NCBI RefSeq assembly: GCF_006345805.1
Contig: NW_021823619.1
Span: 1-21,827, forward strand
Length of the DNA: 21,827 bases
Direction of reading: 5' to 3'
Source: Octopus sinensis
Taxonomy: Eukaryota
Numbering within the stretch: position 1 is the first letter of the stretch; each line of letters starts with the position of its first letter. The notes beneath the pieces are model-generated. The model was given only the letters and a program-made list of their open reading frames with translations, did no database searches and was not told the origin of the DNA. The translations under genes were made by a program, and so were the position numbers. This document shows, in pieces, positions 19,091 through 21,827 of the stretch.

Positions 19091-19344
19091 AAAAAGGAGA
19101 AAAAATGCACATGTCCCAAAAGTCATGGGGTTTTTCGATGAGCAGCCCTCGACCGTCTTCACCCTATTGAGGATCACACATTGCTGATTTTTTTAATATA
19201 TATATATATAATTTTGATAGTCTTGTTTACACGCAAACCCCTCACAACTACACACCCTCACACACTTAAAAACATACATTTTTTTGTTTTGTCATGTGAT
19301 ATCCATGTCTCTCTTCAAGTAAACTCTTGTCGTTAATAAAGAAA

Positions 19345-19345
<1 letters not shown>

Positions 19346-19405
<60 letters not shown>

Positions 19406-19528
19406 CATCAACATCATCATTATCATCATCATCATCGTCGTCATAATCATCATCATGGTCATCATCATCATCATCATCATCGTCGTCGTCATCATCATCA
19501 TCGTCGTCGTCATCATCATCTTCATCAC

Positions 19529-19577
<49 letters not shown>

Positions 19578-19614
19578 ATTATTATTATTTTTATTATTAT
19601 TATTATTATTAATA

Positions 19615-19711
<97 letters not shown>

Positions 19712-19747
19712 CATCATTATCATGAAAGAGGCGAACTGGAAGAATCG

Positions 19748-19810
<63 letters not shown>

Positions 19811-19825
19811 TTATTATCATTATCA
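19346..19825. repeat. Trinucleotide mosaic (ATT)n/(ATC)n/(GTC)n
   Basis: Seen directly in the sequence; interrupted by a short unique spacer at about 19722-19748. Confidence 0.95.
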
Positions 19826-20116
19826 AAGCAACATTAGGGTAGGCTCACCTTAAACTAATACGGAAGATGCCGTAACAATAGCATAAACAATCTTTTATCA
19901 TTTCAGTGGTTATAAAGCTCCTCGTTTGCTATTTCTGTCGTTGGAACAAGAATTATATAATAAGATGGAATATTCCCTGGAACACGTTCTTTTACCGATT
20001 TCCTTACGGTTGGCTTGTCACAAGATATGTGGCAAAACGACTTTGTTTATGACTTGGTTTTTAAATTCCTCGCAAATCTCGTCATCACAGAGAACGCCGT
20101 TCCCTATAGGAGGACG

Positions 20117-20191
20117 GTGTGTATGTGTGTGTGTGTGTGTATGTATGTGTGTGTGTGTGTGTGTATGCATGTATGTATGTATGTGTGTGTG

Positions 20192-20254
<63 letters not shown>

Positions 20255-20735
20255 ACGTACGCACGTATGTATGCATGTATGTATGTATGTATGTATGAAT
20301 GCATGTATGTATGTATGTATGTGTGTATGTATGTATGTATGTATGCATGCATGTATGTATGTATGTATTCATGCATGTATGCATGTATGTATGTAATGTA
20401 TGTATGTACGTATATATGTATGCATGTACATATGTATGTATGGATGGCTGGCTGGATGTATGTATGTGTGCGTGTGTATACATATATAGGTGGATGGATG
20501 TATATATTGATGCATGTATGCATGCATATATGTAAGTATGCATCCATATGTATGTATGCATGCATGCATGTGTGCATGTATGTATGTAATACATGTATAT
20601 AGATATGTAGCTATATATGTGTGTGTGTGTGCAATTATATATATATATAATTGCACACACACACATACACACACACACACACACACACGCACATATATAT
20701 ATCAGTGTGCACATGTATGAGATGCATGAGTATAT
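20117..20735. repeat. Compound (TG)n/(TATG)n/(CATG)n/(CA)n array
   Basis: Seen directly in the sequence. Confidence 0.95.
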
Positions 20736-20989
20736 ATGAATATAGGTTTACAGTTATTTTATTTTGTATTTCTCCTGTGTATTTGCATCATGTTTGCTCC
20801 GTTCTAGTCACTGATACGTTATAAGTGGTTCGTAAAGGTACGTCAACCACGTTTCGGACATTAAGTGCTATTTATGAGAACACCATCTTCTGTTACTTCT
20901 AGGTTTAATCTGTTTATACCTAAATATTTCCTCCTTTTGCAGTAAACAACATGAATATGATTTTCCGCCATATATATATATATATATAT

Positions 20990-21371
20990 GGAAGCACTCC
21001 GTCGGTTACGACGACGAGGGTTCCGCTTGATCCGAATCAACGGAACAGCCTGCTCGTGAAATTAACGTGTAAGTGGCTGAGCACTCCACAGTCACGTGTA
21101 CTCTTAACGTAGTTCTTGGGGATATTCAGCGTGACACAGAGAGTGACAAGGCCGGCCCTTTGAAATACAGGTATAACAGAAACAGGAAGTAAGAGTGAGA
21201 AAAAGTTGTGGTGGAAGAGTACAGCAGGGATCACCACCATCCCCTGCCGGAGACTCGTGGAGCTTTAGGTGTTTTTGCTCAATAAACACTCACAACGCCC
21301 AGTCTGGGAATCGAAACCGCGTTCCTATGACCGCGAGTCCGTTGCCCTAACCACTGGGCCATTGCGCCTCC
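20990..21371 (-). mobile_element. SINE family C, full length (~382 bp), embedded in (AT)n
   Basis: Perfect A box TGGCCCAGTGG and B-box-like GTTTCGATTCC. The 3' end is ...cctcgtcgtcgtaaccgacggagtgcttcc. (AT)n lies on both sides. Confidence 0.92.
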
Positions 21372-21629
21372 ATATATATATATATATATATATATACGTA
21401 TGTGTGTGAGAATTCAACTTCTGTCCATAAAAAGGCACACAGTCTGTGAGCTACAGAGTACTTATTACTCCAACTATGACACATCTAATAAAATGTAAAT
21501 CGTAACACATTATCGCATGCATTTATAACTAACTTCAACAAATAGTCATAAATGGATTTTTTACACGCTACTTTCATATAAGGATGTTTACTGGGAGCAC
21601 CATTGGAGTATGTATCCACGGTGTGTCTA

Positions 21630-21827
21630 GTTCTTGTCCACCTGGAGGACCGAGCTAAATCAGACCCCAAGCAATTTAAACGGTCCTTCCATCCAGCTGT
21701 GGTTTGGCATGAACCTGCCTCTCCAGGTGTCGAGCTGCAGACCCACCAGCTTTTCCTGATTAATTTTTGCTTCTGTCACTGTTTCGTACCTTTTTAAGGT
21801 GGAGTCGATCCCTCAATTTCCGAGATG
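21630..21827 (-). mobile_element. Decayed L1/Tx1-clade LINE RT C-terminal fragment, running off the window end
   Basis: Minus frame reads LKRYETVTEAKINQEKLVGLQLDTWRGRFMPNHSWMEGPFKLLGV*FSSVLQVDKN*. This matches the L1/Tx1 pattern Y...S/T.AKIN..KS.GL.LG.W...W...P.K.LGVWF......KNW. Confidence 0.8.

Overview
AT-rich, microsatellite-dense eukaryotic non-coding DNA (intronic or intergenic). The SINE types and repeat landscape suggest an octopus/cephalopod genome; this is inferred from memory of these families, not from a database search. I find no intact host gene, rRNA, tRNA or CRISPR array. Most ORFs in the supplied track are translations of microsatellites or SINEs. The window is a layered transposon graveyard. 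It holds decayed fragments of a CR1/L2-type RT, an R4/Dong-type C-terminal (restriction-like endonuclease) region, an L1/Tx1-type 5' UTR plus ORF1 and a separate L1/Tx1 RT piece, and a Penelope-like GIY-YIG 3' end with hammerhead-ribozyme-like motifs. It also holds three tRNA-derived SINE families (about 12 copies or fragments), a 63-bp mariner mini-MITE, a probable non-autonomous Helitron and a possible pogo/Tigger HTH remnant. The most interesting observations are: a SINE dimer with an exact 184-bp period inside a 17-bp target-site duplication; a Tx1-like LINE 5' end joined to a truncated tRNA-derived SINE head; a nearly complete minimal type I hammerhead motif at 446-489 (-); and a MADE1-like mariner MITE. 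None of these is shown to be a new biological system; they are testable mobile-element leads.
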